Assembly: GCA_046049345.1 (NCBI GenBank)
Contig: JBJORQ010000003.1
Location: 1 to 63,410, forward strand
DNA: 63,410 nucleotides
Direction: 5' to 3'
From: Pseudomonadota bacterium
GTDB lineage: Bacteria; Pseudomonadota; Gammaproteobacteria; Burkholderiales; Gallionellaceae
Numbering within the stretch: the first letter of the stretch is position 1; every line of letters begins with the position of its first letter. Shown one piece after another: positions 53,502 to 62,831 of this stretch. The notes beneath the pieces were generated by a model. It worked only from the letters and a program-made list of their open reading frames with translations, ran no database searches and was not told where the DNA came from. Position numbers and translations under genes: made by a program.

Positions 53502-54539
53502 TTAAAACAATGCTTGTCCTGCGCGATTTTTGATTTCCACTTTCCACGCACTGCGCACCAAATCCGCCACGCTGTCAGGCAAGGGCACATAGCCTAAATT
53601 GATCGCAATCGCATCACCGTTACGGTATGCCCAATCAAAGAATTTCAGCGTTTCCATTACATTCTCAGGCACACCAGGCACGCGCTCTAACACGATAAAA
53701 GTCGCACTCGTCATCGGCCAACTTTGTTTGCCCATTTGATTGCTGAGCGTTTCATTAAAGCCATTGCTGGCTGACCATTTGGCAGCACTCGCCGCTGCGC
53801 TAAATGAATTCACCTCAGCCTTAACAAACACCCCTTCGGCATTCTTTAACTTGATTGCGCTCAAATGCTTTTTCTGCAAATCAGCAAAGTCTATATAGCC
53901 AATGGCATTGGGGGTTGCGGCGATTTTCTGCGCCATCGCATCTTCACCTTCAACCTCCACGCCTATTTTCCAATCCAACACAAATCCTTCGCCACGCGCC
54001 GCTTTCCAATCCACGCTCACTTTGGACAAATAGTTGCTTAAATTAAATGTCGCGCCCGATTTATCACCGCGATGCAGCACGCTAATTGCTTCGTTAGGCA
54101 AGCTCAAATTTGGATTGAGCGCGCTAATCGCGGCATCATTCCAACGCGTAATTTTTCCCATAAAAATCGCCGCAAGCGTCACACCATCAAGCTGCATTTG
54201 ATCGCTGCTCACGCCTTTCACATTCAGCGCGGGCACGACACCCCCAATCACAGACGGGAATTGCATTAAATGGTACTGATCTAATTCGGCTTTGCTAAAG
54301 GGCTTGTCGGACGCGCCAAAATCGGTACGCGCCGCGACAATTTCCGCTAAGCCCTTACCGGAACCCACTGCGGTATAAATCAACACCCCCTCGGATTGCG
54401 CTTTGTATGCCTTGCCCCACGCTTGATAAACCGTTTTAGGAAAAGACGCGCCCGCGCCAAAAAACGCCCCAGCTTGGGCAACAGAACTCAGTGCGAGGGC
54501 TGCACCGATGCCGCATCCGAATAATTTTTTATAGCTCAT
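53502..54539 (-). CDS. pstS: PstS-family phosphate-binding protein (more diverged paralogue)
   Basis: Signal peptide, GAGASFP, GSGKG, DFGASD, HRGDKSGAT, WPMTSATF, FFDWAY. Confidence 0.85.
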   Translation of the reverse strand: MSYKKLFGCGIGAALALSSVAQAGAFFGAGASFPKTVYQAWGKAYKAQSEGVLIYTAVGSGKGLAEIVAARTDFGASDKPFSKAELDQYHLMQFPSVIGGVVPALNVKGVSSDQMQLDGVTLAAIFMGKITRWNDAAISALNPNLSLPNEAISVLHRGDKSGATFNLSNYLSKVSVDWKAARGEGFVLDWKIGVEVEGEDAMAQKIAATPNAIGYIDFADLQKKHLSAIKLKNAEGVFVKAEVNSFSAAASAAKWSASNGFNETLSNQMGKQSWPMTSATFIVLERVPGVPENVMETLKFFDWAYRNGDAIAINLGYVPLPDSVADLVRSAWKVEIKNRAGQALF

Positions 54540-54576
54540 ATTTATTTCCCCCGCTTAAATGCTAGGCACTGCGAAT

Positions 54577-55608
54577 TTACCAAACCGCCTTACCCATCTT
54601 GTCTTTGATTTGCTGATGCCATGCAGCACGCACGCCATCGGCGACGCTGTCTGGCAAAGGCACATAGTGCAAACCGTTAGCCAACTCGTCACCGTTGCGA
54701 TACGCCCAATCGAAAAATTTCAATGCTTCACGCGTGTGTTCCAGCAAAGTCGGCGTGCGTTCTAACAAAATAAAAGTCGCGGCCGTAATAGGCCAACTTT
54801 CTTTGCCCGCTTGATTCGTCAAAATTTCGTAATAACCCGTTGCCGCCGACCATTTAGCCGCCGCTGCCGCCGCCGCAAATGATGCCTCACCTGCACTCAC
54901 GGCAACACCTTCACGGTTTTTCATGCGCGTCGAGGCCAGCCCTTTTTTCTGTATATCAGCCAAGTCCAAATAGCCAATCGAATTTGGTGTTTCGGCTATT
55001 TTTTTCGCCATACCGTCCGATTTCTCTACCGCCTCACCCACTGGCCATTGCACCGCCAAGCCCTCACCAATCGAGGCTTTCCATTCAGGACTGACCTTGC
55101 TTAAATAGTTGCTGAAGTTAAACGTCGTACCCGATTTATCCGTGCGATGTATCACCACAATTTCAGCATTCGGCAAAGCCAAACCAGGATTCAATGCCAG
55201 CACAGCAGGGTCGTTCCAGCGGCTAATTTTGCCGAGGAAAATGGCTGCCAGCGTGCCGCCATCCAACAACAAACGTCCATCCGCAATACCTTTGATATTG
55301 ATGGTAGGCACCACACCACCAATCACCAAAGGAAATTGCATCAACTTATTTTTTTCCAGCTCGTCCAGCGTCATCGGTTTATCCGAGGCACCAAAATCGG
55401 TACGCGCTGCCAAAATTTCAGTGATGCCTTTACCCGAACCCACGGGGGTGTAAATCAACTTTTGCTGCGTTTGGCTTTGATACGCTTTACCCCACGCTTG
55501 ATACACAGCATTAGGAAAGGTTGCCCCTGCCCCAAAAATGCTGTCAGCCTGCGCCGCACCAACCGCAATCAGTGCCCAAACGGCGACTATGCATAATTTA
55601 GCTTTCAT
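54577..55608 (-). CDS. pstS: PstS-family phosphate-binding protein
   Basis: Signal peptide, GAGATFP, GSGKG, DFGASD, HRTDKSGTT, WPITAATF, FFDWAY. Confidence 0.88.
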   Translation of the reverse strand: MKAKLCIVAVWALIAVGAAQADSIFGAGATFPNAVYQAWGKAYQSQTQQKLIYTPVGSGKGITEILAARTDFGASDKPMTLDELEKNKLMQFPLVIGGVVPTINIKGIADGRLLLDGGTLAAIFLGKISRWNDPAVLALNPGLALPNAEIVVIHRTDKSGTTFNFSNYLSKVSPEWKASIGEGLAVQWPVGEAVEKSDGMAKKIAETPNSIGYLDLADIQKKGLASTRMKNREGVAVSAGEASFAAAAAAAKWSAATGYYEILTNQAGKESWPITAATFILLERTPTLLEHTREALKFFDWAYRNGDELANGLHYVPLPDSVADGVRAAWHQQIKDKMGKAVW

Positions 55609-55622
55609 ATTTCCCTCTGTAC

Positions 55623-56447
55623 TTATTGTTGGCGTATCCAATTTTTCCATTCAGCAAATACGCTCGCATCGCGAGCCGCCACCACCGAACGTTGCCACAC
55701 ATCGCCTTGCGCAAATTCATCTTGATCAATGCAACAGGCATACGAACCCGATTCTTCGCCGATTAACGCCCCTGCTGCGTAATCCCACAGCTTTTGGCCG
55801 CCATGTAAATACACGTCATAACGGCCTGTCGCGGTGTAACACCAGTCCAACGCACTTGCGCCAAAATTGCGTTGCGAAGCGTAAGGAGGATGAGCCGCAA
55901 ATTTTTTCAGCAACTCTGGCGATAAGCGTTTCAAATCCACGCTAGCCAACGATTCGGCGAGGCTGCTAGCCGATTCACGCACCACTAATTTTTCACCGTT
56001 TAAGAACGCACCCTTGCCCGCTTCAGCAGCGAACAATTCATCAGAAACGGGGTTGTACACCACGCCAATGACAGATTTATGTTCGCGCAACAAGGCGACC
56101 GAGATTGCGAAATACGGTACGCCACGCACAAAGTTTGACGTGCCATCAATTGGGTCTATGCACCACAAGCCGTCATAGCCCGCTTCCCAAATAGCGCGCT
56201 GCTCAGCATCCGACATTTCTTCGCCCAACACCGGCACATTCACAATCGCTTGCAGTTTTCTAATCAGCGCGGCTTGCGCGGCGGTGTCAGCTTCGGTGCA
56301 TAAACTGCCATCGCTTTTCACCTGACGAGTGACCTTGTGGTAGCGCGGCATCACTTCTTCAGCCGCAACTAATTTAACCGCTGCAACAACGGCTTTCAGC
56401 ACGGCGGTCATACCTTTTGGGGCGGGGGATTTCAAGCTAACTTCCAT
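55623..56447 (-). CDS. Inositol monophosphatase family protein
   Basis: TEAD, LGEE, WCIDPIDGTSNF, LWDYAAG. Confidence 0.9.
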   Translation of the reverse strand: MEVSLKSPAPKGMTAVLKAVVAAVKLVAAEEVMPRYHKVTRQVKSDGSLCTEADTAAQAALIRKLQAIVNVPVLGEEMSDAEQRAIWEAGYDGLWCIDPIDGTSNFVRGVPYFAISVALLREHKSVIGVVYNPVSDELFAAEAGKGAFLNGEKLVVRESASSLAESLASVDLKRLSPELLKKFAAHPPYASQRNFGASALDWCYTATGRYDVYLHGGQKLWDYAAGALIGEESGSYACCIDQDEFAQGDVWQRSVVAARDASVFAEWKNWIRQQ

Positions 56448-57002
56448 TTATTCTGACTTCCATTTGATTGAGCAACCCATGCTGGCGATTTGCTCAGCTG
56501 GGCCGATTCCTGTTTGTGCAACGTGTAACATCGCATTAAATAAATCACGCGGGGCATCGAGTGCGGCTTCTTTACGCGATGCGTCTAAGCGACCGCGATA
56601 TTGCAATTCCAACTTGGCATTAAAGCCAAAGAAATCGGGCGTACACACCGCATCGTAATTTTTTGCGATTTGCTGTGTCTCGTCGATAACGTAAGGAAAG
56701 GGATAGTTGTACTGTTGCGCGATGCTGCGCATATTCTCGAATGAATCTTCTTCGTAATCAGCGGGGTCATTGGACATAATTGCAATGCTGTTAATGCCCT
56801 GCGCTTTCAGCTCTAGCGTGTCGCGCACGATGCGGTCGCGAATAGATTTCACATACGGGCAATGGTTGCAAATGAACATGATTAACAAGCCATTTTTACC
56901 CGCTGCGTTAGCGAGGCTGTAGCGCACCCCGTCCACACCTAGCAAATCAAAATCGGGAGCTTTCCAACCAAAGTCGCACAACGGCGGCTGCAAACTAACC
57001 AT
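56448..57002 (-). CDS. Thioredoxin-fold (AhpC/TSA-like) redoxin
   Basis: APDFDL, FICNHCPYV, AVCTPDFF, YRGRLD, SMGCSIKW. Confidence 0.88.
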   Translation of the reverse strand: MVSLQPPLCDFGWKAPDFDLLGVDGVRYSLANAAGKNGLLIMFICNHCPYVKSIRDRIVRDTLELKAQGINSIAIMSNDPADYEEDSFENMRSIAQQYNYPFPYVIDETQQIAKNYDAVCTPDFFGFNAKLELQYRGRLDASRKEAALDAPRDLFNAMLHVAQTGIGPAEQIASMGCSIKWKSE

Positions 57003-57074
57003 GACACCATCTCCTAAAATTTTTCTGCTGATTTTTTTGAGGCGCGATATTATCACGGGCTAGCTAGTTAAAGG

Positions 57075-57157
57075 CAGTCGCTAGTCCGTAGCACCTAGTT
57101 ACCACAAGCTCGCTTCGACTACCGACTACCGACTAACGACTAACGACTAACGACTAC
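57075..57157. repeat. Heptamer tandem repeat CGACTA(C/A) x6 with an opposing degenerate TAG array
   Basis: 57116-57157 CGACTAC CGACTAC CGACTAA CGACTAA CGACTAA CGACTAC; 57075-57098 CAGTCGC TAGTCCG TAGCACC TAG. Confidence 0.85.
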
Positions 57158-57177
57158 TTGCTACCACCTAAAACCCC

Positions 57178-57909
57178 ATGCCACGTTTTTATTGCCCCGC
57201 CCCTATCCCTCATTCTGGCAACTTTGATTTGCCACCCGACGCTGCGCATCACGCCGCGCGGGTGTTGCGTTTACGCGTCGGCGATAGCGTCGAGATTTTT
57301 GATGGGCAAGGCACGGAATGCCACGGCGTGATTGCCGATTTAACGGGGAAGCGCGTGGTGTTGGGCGAGTTAAAAGCGGTCGATGCAATGCGCGAATCCC
57401 CGCTACACACGTTGCTGGGACAGGCTTTGTGCAGCAGCGAAAAAATGGATTGGATTATCCAAAAAGCCACCGAGTTGGGCGTGAACGAAATTCAGCCGCT
57501 CGATACCAAGCGCAGCGTCGCCCGACTGTCTGCTGAGCGCGCCGAAAAACGCATGGCGCATTGGCAACAAGTGGCGATTGCCGCGTGCGAACAGTGTGGA
57601 CGCAACACCCTGCCGATAATTCACCCGCCGCTAGACATCATGGTGTGGCTGCAAGCCATGCGTGACCAGCCTTACAGCCGTTTCATCTTGCTGCCCACTG
57701 GCGCGCAATCGCTACACACCCAAGCCCACCCAGTTGAAAAAGCGGTGCTAATCATCGGCGCGGAAGGCGGCTTTACCAAAGCCGAGAGCGACAGCGCGTT
57801 GAGCTGCGGCTTCACCCCCATCCGCCTAGGTGCGCGCGTGTTGCGCACCGAAACCGCCGCGCTGGCAGGACTCACTGCCTTGCAAATGCAGTGGGGAGAT
57901 TTCTTCTAA
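57178..57909 (+). CDS. rsmE: 16S rRNA m3U1498 methyltransferase
   Basis: HAARVLRL, QKATELGV, ACEQCGR, IGAEGG, LGARVLRTETA. Confidence 0.95.
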   Translation: MPRFYCPAPIPHSGNFDLPPDAAHHAARVLRLRVGDSVEIFDGQGTECHGVIADLTGKRVVLGELKAVDAMRESPLHTLLGQALCSSEKMDWIIQKATELGVNEIQPLDTKRSVARLSAERAEKRMAHWQQVAIAACEQCGRNTLPIIHPPLDIMVWLQAMRDQPYSRFILLPTGAQSLHTQAHPVEKAVLIIGAEGGFTKAESDSALSCGFTPIRLGARVLRTETAALAGLTALQMQWGDFF

Positions 57910-57919
57910 CTTTATAGGC

Positions 57920-57994
57920 GTAGGGGCGTATGGCAATACCCCATTTTTTCGATGCCACAAATTCTTCAAAGGGCGTATTGCCATACGCCCCTAC
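57920..57994. repeat. GTAG REP doublet (REPIN), 20-bp perfect arms
   Basis: GTAGGGGCGTATGGCAATAC...GTATTGCCATACGCCCCTAC. Confidence 0.8.
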
Positions 57995-58046
57995 CACCCA
58001 CCAAAAAGTTGCGGCATGATGCGCGCATCATTTAGAGAGACTCATC

Positions 58047-59369
58047 ATGCCTATCAAAACTTCTCCCGCTGCTTTCGTTGCTTGGTTTCGTTCCGTCGCG
58101 CCCTATATCAACGCCTTTCGCGGCAAGACTTTTGTCATTGCGTTTGGCGGCGAAGTGGTTGCCGATGGCAAATTTGTTGAACTCACCCACGACTTTAATT
58201 TGCTCGCCAGCCTAGGCGTGCGCTTGGTGTTGGTGCATGGCGCGCGCCCGCAAATTGAGGCGCATTTAGCCAAAAATAATCTGGGCGACAGCTATCACCA
58301 AGGCATCCGCATGACTGACGCGCAGACCTTGCAATGCGTCAAAGAAGCCGTCGGACGGGTGCGCTTGGAGATTGAAGCGTTGCTGTCGATGGGCTTGGCG
58401 AATTCACCGATGGCGAACGCTGACATTCGCGTGGCGGGTGGCAATTTCATCACCGCGCGTCCCATCGGCGTGATTAACGGCGTGGATTTGCAACACACTG
58501 GCTGCGTGCGCAAGGTCGATGTCGCCGCGCTCAATGACCGTATGGAATTTGGTGAGGTGGTGTTGCTTTCGCCGTTAGGATTTTCGCCCACAGGCGAGGT
58601 GTTCAACCTCACCTTGGAAGACATCGCCACCGCCACCGCGATTGCCTTGGATGCCGACAAATTATTATTTCTGATGGACACCGACGGCGTGCAAAATCAG
58701 CTGGGCGAGTTGCTCAAAGAGCTCACCGTCAGTCAAGCACAAGCGGTGTTGGCGGGCAAACGCAAACTGCCCGATGACGTGAACTTGTTTTTGCCCTGCG
58801 CGATACGCGCTTGTGAAGCGGGCGTAGCGCGGACGCATTTGATTAGTCGCCACACCGATGGCGCGGTGCTGCAAGAATTATTCAGCGCAGAGGGCATCGG
58901 CACGATGGTGGTGGAAAGCACTCTGAACACCTTGCGGGCAGCGACGATTGAAGATGTCGGCGGCGTGTTGCAACTACTGAGGCCGCTGGAAGAACAAGGC
59001 ATTTTGGTCCGCCGTTCGCGCGAATTATTGGAGCGCGAAATCGCCAGATTTGTGGTGTTGGAACACGACCATCGCATCGTCGGCTGCGCCGCGCTCTATC
59101 CGTTTCCTGACGAAGCCGCTGCCGAATTAGCCTGCCTCGCGGTGGATGAATCATGTCGCGACCGAGGCTATGGCGAAGCGATTTTGAACTACATGGCGGA
59201 GCTGGCGAAAGCGCAAAAACTCAAGAAGTTATTTGTGTTAACCACTCGCACCGCGCACTGGTTTGTAGAACGCGGCTTCGTTGAAAGTGATGTCACCGCC
59301 TTACCCGCGCAGAAAAAATCCCTCTACAACTATCAGCGCAAATCCAAAGTGTTTATGCGCAAAACCTAG
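58047..59369 (+). CDS. argA: Amino-acid N-acetyltransferase (N-acetylglutamate synthase)
   Basis: WFRSVAPYINAFRGKTFV, VHGARPQI, GNAT domain ELACLAV, LTTRTAHWF, YNYQRKSK. Confidence 0.96.
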   Translation: MPIKTSPAAFVAWFRSVAPYINAFRGKTFVIAFGGEVVADGKFVELTHDFNLLASLGVRLVLVHGARPQIEAHLAKNNLGDSYHQGIRMTDAQTLQCVKEAVGRVRLEIEALLSMGLANSPMANADIRVAGGNFITARPIGVINGVDLQHTGCVRKVDVAALNDRMEFGEVVLLSPLGFSPTGEVFNLTLEDIATATAIALDADKLLFLMDTDGVQNQLGELLKELTVSQAQAVLAGKRKLPDDVNLFLPCAIRACEAGVARTHLISRHTDGAVLQELFSAEGIGTMVVESTLNTLRAATIEDVGGVLQLLRPLEEQGILVRRSRELLEREIARFVVLEHDHRIVGCAALYPFPDEAAAELACLAVDESCRDRGYGEAILNYMAELAKAQKLKKLFVLTTRTAHWFVERGFVESDVTALPAQKKSLYNYQRKSKVFMRKT

Positions 59370-61090
59370 GCATTGAGTTTGTCCAACAACTCACGGATTT
59401 TGAGTGGGTCATCGGCACGCAGAATTTTTTGGGTGAGCGTGCTCAAGTCCGCCAAGCTGCTGGTCAAGACGCGTTGCTTAATGACAGGGACTTGCGCGGG
59501 ACTCATGGAAAATTGACGCAGCCCTAAGCCTAAAAATAAGCGCGTATAAGCCAGCTCGCCCGCCATCTCACCGCACACCGAAATCGGCACGCCAAATTTA
59601 TTTGCGGTGGAAATCACATGCGCTAACAAGTGCAGCACGGCAGGATGTAGCGGGTCGTACAAGTGCGCGACTTCTTCATCGGTGCGATCGATCGCCAACG
59701 TATATTGAATTAAATCGTTAGTGCCAATCGACAGAAAATCGAGCTTTTTGGCGAACACGGTGAGTGCCAAAGCGGCGGCGGGGATTTCTATCATGCCGCC
59801 GATTTTTACGTCTTTATCGTAGGGAATATGTTCCGCATCCAAAGCTTGTTTAGTCGCCTCGATAAACTGCAAAGTCTGATTGATTTCTGCCGCGCCCGAC
59901 AACATTGGCACCAGAATTTTGACGTTGCCGTAATGCGTGGCGCGCAGTAAAGCGCGGAGTTGGGTGCGGAATAATTGCGGTTCGGCAAGGCATAAACGAA
60001 TCGCGCGCAAGCCCAGCGCAGGATTATTGGCGACGCGTTCTGCGCCCTTGATTTGTTTGTCCGCGCCCAGGTCAAACGTGCGGATGGTGACGGGCTGTCC
60101 GTCCATGCCTTCGGCGACGGCTTTGTAGGCTAAAAATTGCTCTTCTTCGTCGGGCAACACATCGCGATTCAAAAATAAAAACTCGCTGCGGAATAAGCCG
60201 ATGCCCGTTGCGCCATGTTCTTTCACTTCCGATAAATCATCGGGTTTTTCGATGTTGGCGTGTAGCTCAATCAGCGTGCCGTCCAAGGTGTTAGCGCGCG
60301 CGCCGCGCAAGCGTTTAAGCTTTTTGCGATCTAGTTCCCACGCGCTTTGGCGCAGTTTGTATTCCGCCAAAATCGCCTTGTCGGGATTGACGATTAACAC
60401 GCCTTGCTCGCCATCCAAAATCAGCAAATCGTCTTCGCGGATTAGCTCACGCGCATGATGTAAACCAACCACACACGGCGTATTAAGGCTACGCGCGACA
60501 ATCGCGGTGTGCGAAGTCGCACCGCCTAAATCAGTGATGAACGCGGCGTATTGCTGCGGCTTGAATTGAATTAAATCAGCGGGACTTAAATCGTGCGCGA
60601 CCAAAATCATTTCTACATCGTGACGTACGGGTGCGGGCTGATGCCCTGGCTGCCCCAATAATTGCTTGAGCAAACGCACCGCAACTTGCTTCACATCAAG
60701 CTGACGTTCGCGTAAATACGCGTCTTCAAACTCATCGAATTGCGCCACCAAAATTTCGGTCTGCGTCTTCAATGCCCACTCAGCATTGCAGTGCTCGCGC
60801 GCTATCATTTCGCGCGGCGCAACACTCAACAACGGGTCTTCCAAAATCATCAAATGCAATTCGAGAAACGCATCAAATTCAGCAGCGGCGTATTGCGGGC
60901 GATTGCTGCGCAAGGTCATAAATTCCTGCCGCGCCGCCAATAATGCCGCATCAAAACGCGCCATTTCTTCGGGAATTAAATGCGCCGGTAAGTTGTAGTG
61001 CAACACTTCCAGCGAGGTGTGAGACAGCAAATGCGCGTGCCCAATCGCGATGCCGCTAGAGACGGCGATGCCATGCAGGGCAAAGGTCAT
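59366..61090 (-). CDS. ptsI: PEP-protein phosphotransferase (PTS enzyme I)
   Basis: GGATSHTAIVARS phospho-His, GIGLFRSEF, NPALGLRAIR, SIGTNDLIQY, CGEMAG. Confidence 0.95.
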   Translation of the reverse strand: MTFALHGIAVSSGIAIGHAHLLSHTSLEVLHYNLPAHLIPEEMARFDAALLAARQEFMTLRSNRPQYAAAEFDAFLELHLMILEDPLLSVAPREMIAREHCNAEWALKTQTEILVAQFDEFEDAYLRERQLDVKQVAVRLLKQLLGQPGHQPAPVRHDVEMILVAHDLSPADLIQFKPQQYAAFITDLGGATSHTAIVARSLNTPCVVGLHHARELIREDDLLILDGEQGVLIVNPDKAILAEYKLRQSAWELDRKKLKRLRGARANTLDGTLIELHANIEKPDDLSEVKEHGATGIGLFRSEFLFLNRDVLPDEEEQFLAYKAVAEGMDGQPVTIRTFDLGADKQIKGAERVANNPALGLRAIRLCLAEPQLFRTQLRALLRATHYGNVKILVPMLSGAAEINQTLQFIEATKQALDAEHIPYDKDVKIGGMIEIPAAALALTVFAKKLDFLSIGTNDLIQYTLAIDRTDEEVAHLYDPLHPAVLHLLAHVISTANKFGVPISVCGEMAGELAYTRLFLGLGLRQFSMSPAQVPVIKQRVLTSSLADLSTLTQKILRADDPLKIRELLDKLNA

Positions 61091-61356
61091 TCACCTTCTC
61101 CGAAGTAGTCATTGATAAGCGCGACTAATGCTTGCATCGCCGCTTCCTCATTTTCGCCATTGGTTTCGATGCCTATGGTCACGCCTTTGGCGGCCGCCAA
61201 CATCATCACGCCCATGATGCTTTTCGCATTCACGCGGCGCGTGTTGCGCGTCAACATCACTTCGCATTTGAAGCTCGATGCGAGCTGCGTGAGCTTGGCG
61301 GACGCGCGTGCGTGCAGCCCTAGTTTGTTAATAATCAATACGTCTTGTTGTTGCAT
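61087..61356 (-). CDS. ptsH: Phosphocarrier protein HPr
   Basis: NKLGLHARAS (His15), NAKSIMGVM (Ser46). Confidence 0.93.
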   Translation of the reverse strand: MQQQDVLIINKLGLHARASAKLTQLASSFKCEVMLTRNTRRVNAKSIMGVMMLAAAKGVTIGIETNGENEEAAMQALVALINDYFGEGE

Positions 61357-61365
61357 GGTTGACCT

Positions 61366-61758
61366 TTATAAATCCGAATTCATATAAACGATGCACTCGC
61401 GCCCGCCTTCAACGGCAAGCTGCGCAAGGGCTGGCAAGGTGGTGGTGGGATGACACACCACGCGCAACAGCATGGGTAAATTCACCCCTGCCACACCAAT
61501 TACGCGCTCGGCATGACAAAGCTGGCGACCGATATTGGACGGCGTGGCACCAAACACATCCGCCAAAATCAACACCCCGCTGCCGTTATCGAGCTGCTTA
61601 ATTAAGGCCTCACCCTCGGCTAATTTGTGTTGCGGATTATCGTCCGCCAACACCGACAATACCTTGAGATGACTGGGCGCAGCCCCCAGCACATGCTTGA
61701 CACAATCGACCAAGCTGTCGCCTAGGCCATTGTGTGTCACCAACAAAATTCCAACCAT
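61366..61758 (-). CDS. PTS mannose/fructose-type EIIA
   Basis: GILLVTH, DVFGATPSN, GVNLPML. Confidence 0.9.
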   Translation of the reverse strand: MVGILLVTHNGLGDSLVDCVKHVLGAAPSHLKVLSVLADDNPQHKLAEGEALIKQLDNGSGVLILADVFGATPSNIGRQLCHAERVIGVAGVNLPMLLRVVCHPTTTLPALAQLAVEGGRECIVYMNSDL

Positions 61759-61782
61759 TTGCAGACCTCTAATTTCATTTTC

Positions 61783-61815
61783 GTAGGGTGAGCAAGCTCC
61801 ATCTGCCCACCCTAC
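61783..61815. repeat. Short GTAG REP hairpin overlapping the apbE stop codon
   Basis: GTAGGGTGAGCA...TGCCCACCCTAC (11/12 inverted match). Confidence 0.6.
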
Positions 61816-62831
61816 TCACTAACGGTATTATTTTTATCCAAAAACTCTAAGCGGGTTTTTAATTCTTCGGTGATATGCACGCGTCCTTGCTCATCAATCA
61901 ACATCGCCGACTCTAAATTCATCAGCTTGGCAGCATTGCGCCAACCCTTTACACCCGATATAAACAAAGGCTTAGAAGCCGCATCAGATAACACGCCGGC
62001 ATTTTTACCAGAGGTCAAAATCGTCACGGCTTGCACGGCTTGCATGGGATAACCAGTGCGCGGATTGATGAGGTGGCAATAACGTATCGCGCCCAACATA
62101 AAGTAGCGTTGATAGTCGCCCGACGTGCCGATAGCCTCGCCGTCGTGCAGCTCCAAACTCGCCAACGCACTGGCTTTGCGCGGATGTTGGATGCCCACGC
62201 GCCAACTGCGTTTGCCGTTTTGCCCCAACGCCATAATGTTGCCGCCGATATTGATGAGCGCGTTGTGGATGCCGCGTTCGCGCAAAATTTTTGCCGCGCT
62301 ATCCAGCGCGTAGCCTTTGGCGTAGCCGCCTAAATCTAATTGCACAGCAGGATTTTTACTCTCGATGCGACCGTGGTCTATGCTCAAATCGCTCATCTGC
62401 GGATTCGCGGCGACTAATTTTGCCAGCTCATTTTGGTCGGGTTGCACGGGCTTAAAGTCATCGGCATGAAAACCCCACAGCCCAACCAGTCCGCCGATGG
62501 CGGGGTTGAACATGCCGTGGGATTGTTTAGAGAATTGCGCCGCGTTTTGCACGATGTTCACCAACTCACTCGACACGGCCGCAGATTCGCCGCGCGCTAA
62601 CGCGGCGTTGAGTTCGCTTAATTCGGATGGCTGCCAAGCGTGCAACATGCTGTGCAAGCGTTGGAACTCTTGCAGCACCGCAGCGACGGCTAACTTGGCA
62701 TCCGCTTCAGGCGCGTCCGCGATGCTGACTTCCACCAGCGTGCCGAACACATAGCCTTGCTCTTGATAAACCGGCGTGACTTTTTCGGTGCAGGCAGTAA
62801 GGGAGAGTGCGAGTAAAACGATGCGCCACAT
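61812..62831 (-). CDS. apbE: FAD:protein FMN transferase lipoprotein
   Basis: Lipobox LSLTAC, DLGGYAKGY, INIGGN, TSGDYQRY, HLINPRTG; start overlaps the gshA stop (TGATG). Confidence 0.92.
   Translation of the reverse strand: MWRIVLLALSLTACTEKVTPVYQEQGYVFGTLVEVSIADAPEADAKLAVAAVLQEFQRLHSMLHAWQPSELSELNAALARGESAAVSSELVNIVQNAAQFSKQSHGMFNPAIGGLVGLWGFHADDFKPVQPDQNELAKLVAANPQMSDLSIDHGRIESKNPAVQLDLGGYAKGYALDSAAKILRERGIHNALINIGGNIMALGQNGKRSWRVGIQHPRKASALASLELHDGEAIGTSGDYQRYFMLGAIRYCHLINPRTGYPMQAVQAVTILTSGKNAGVLSDAASKPLFISGVKGWRNAAKLMNLESAMLIDEQGRVHITEELKTRLEFLDKNNTVSE

Noticed and set aside
57075-57170. CRISPR array or riboswitch
   Set aside because: 7-bp tandem units without spacers; no cas genes; no recognisable aptamer motif
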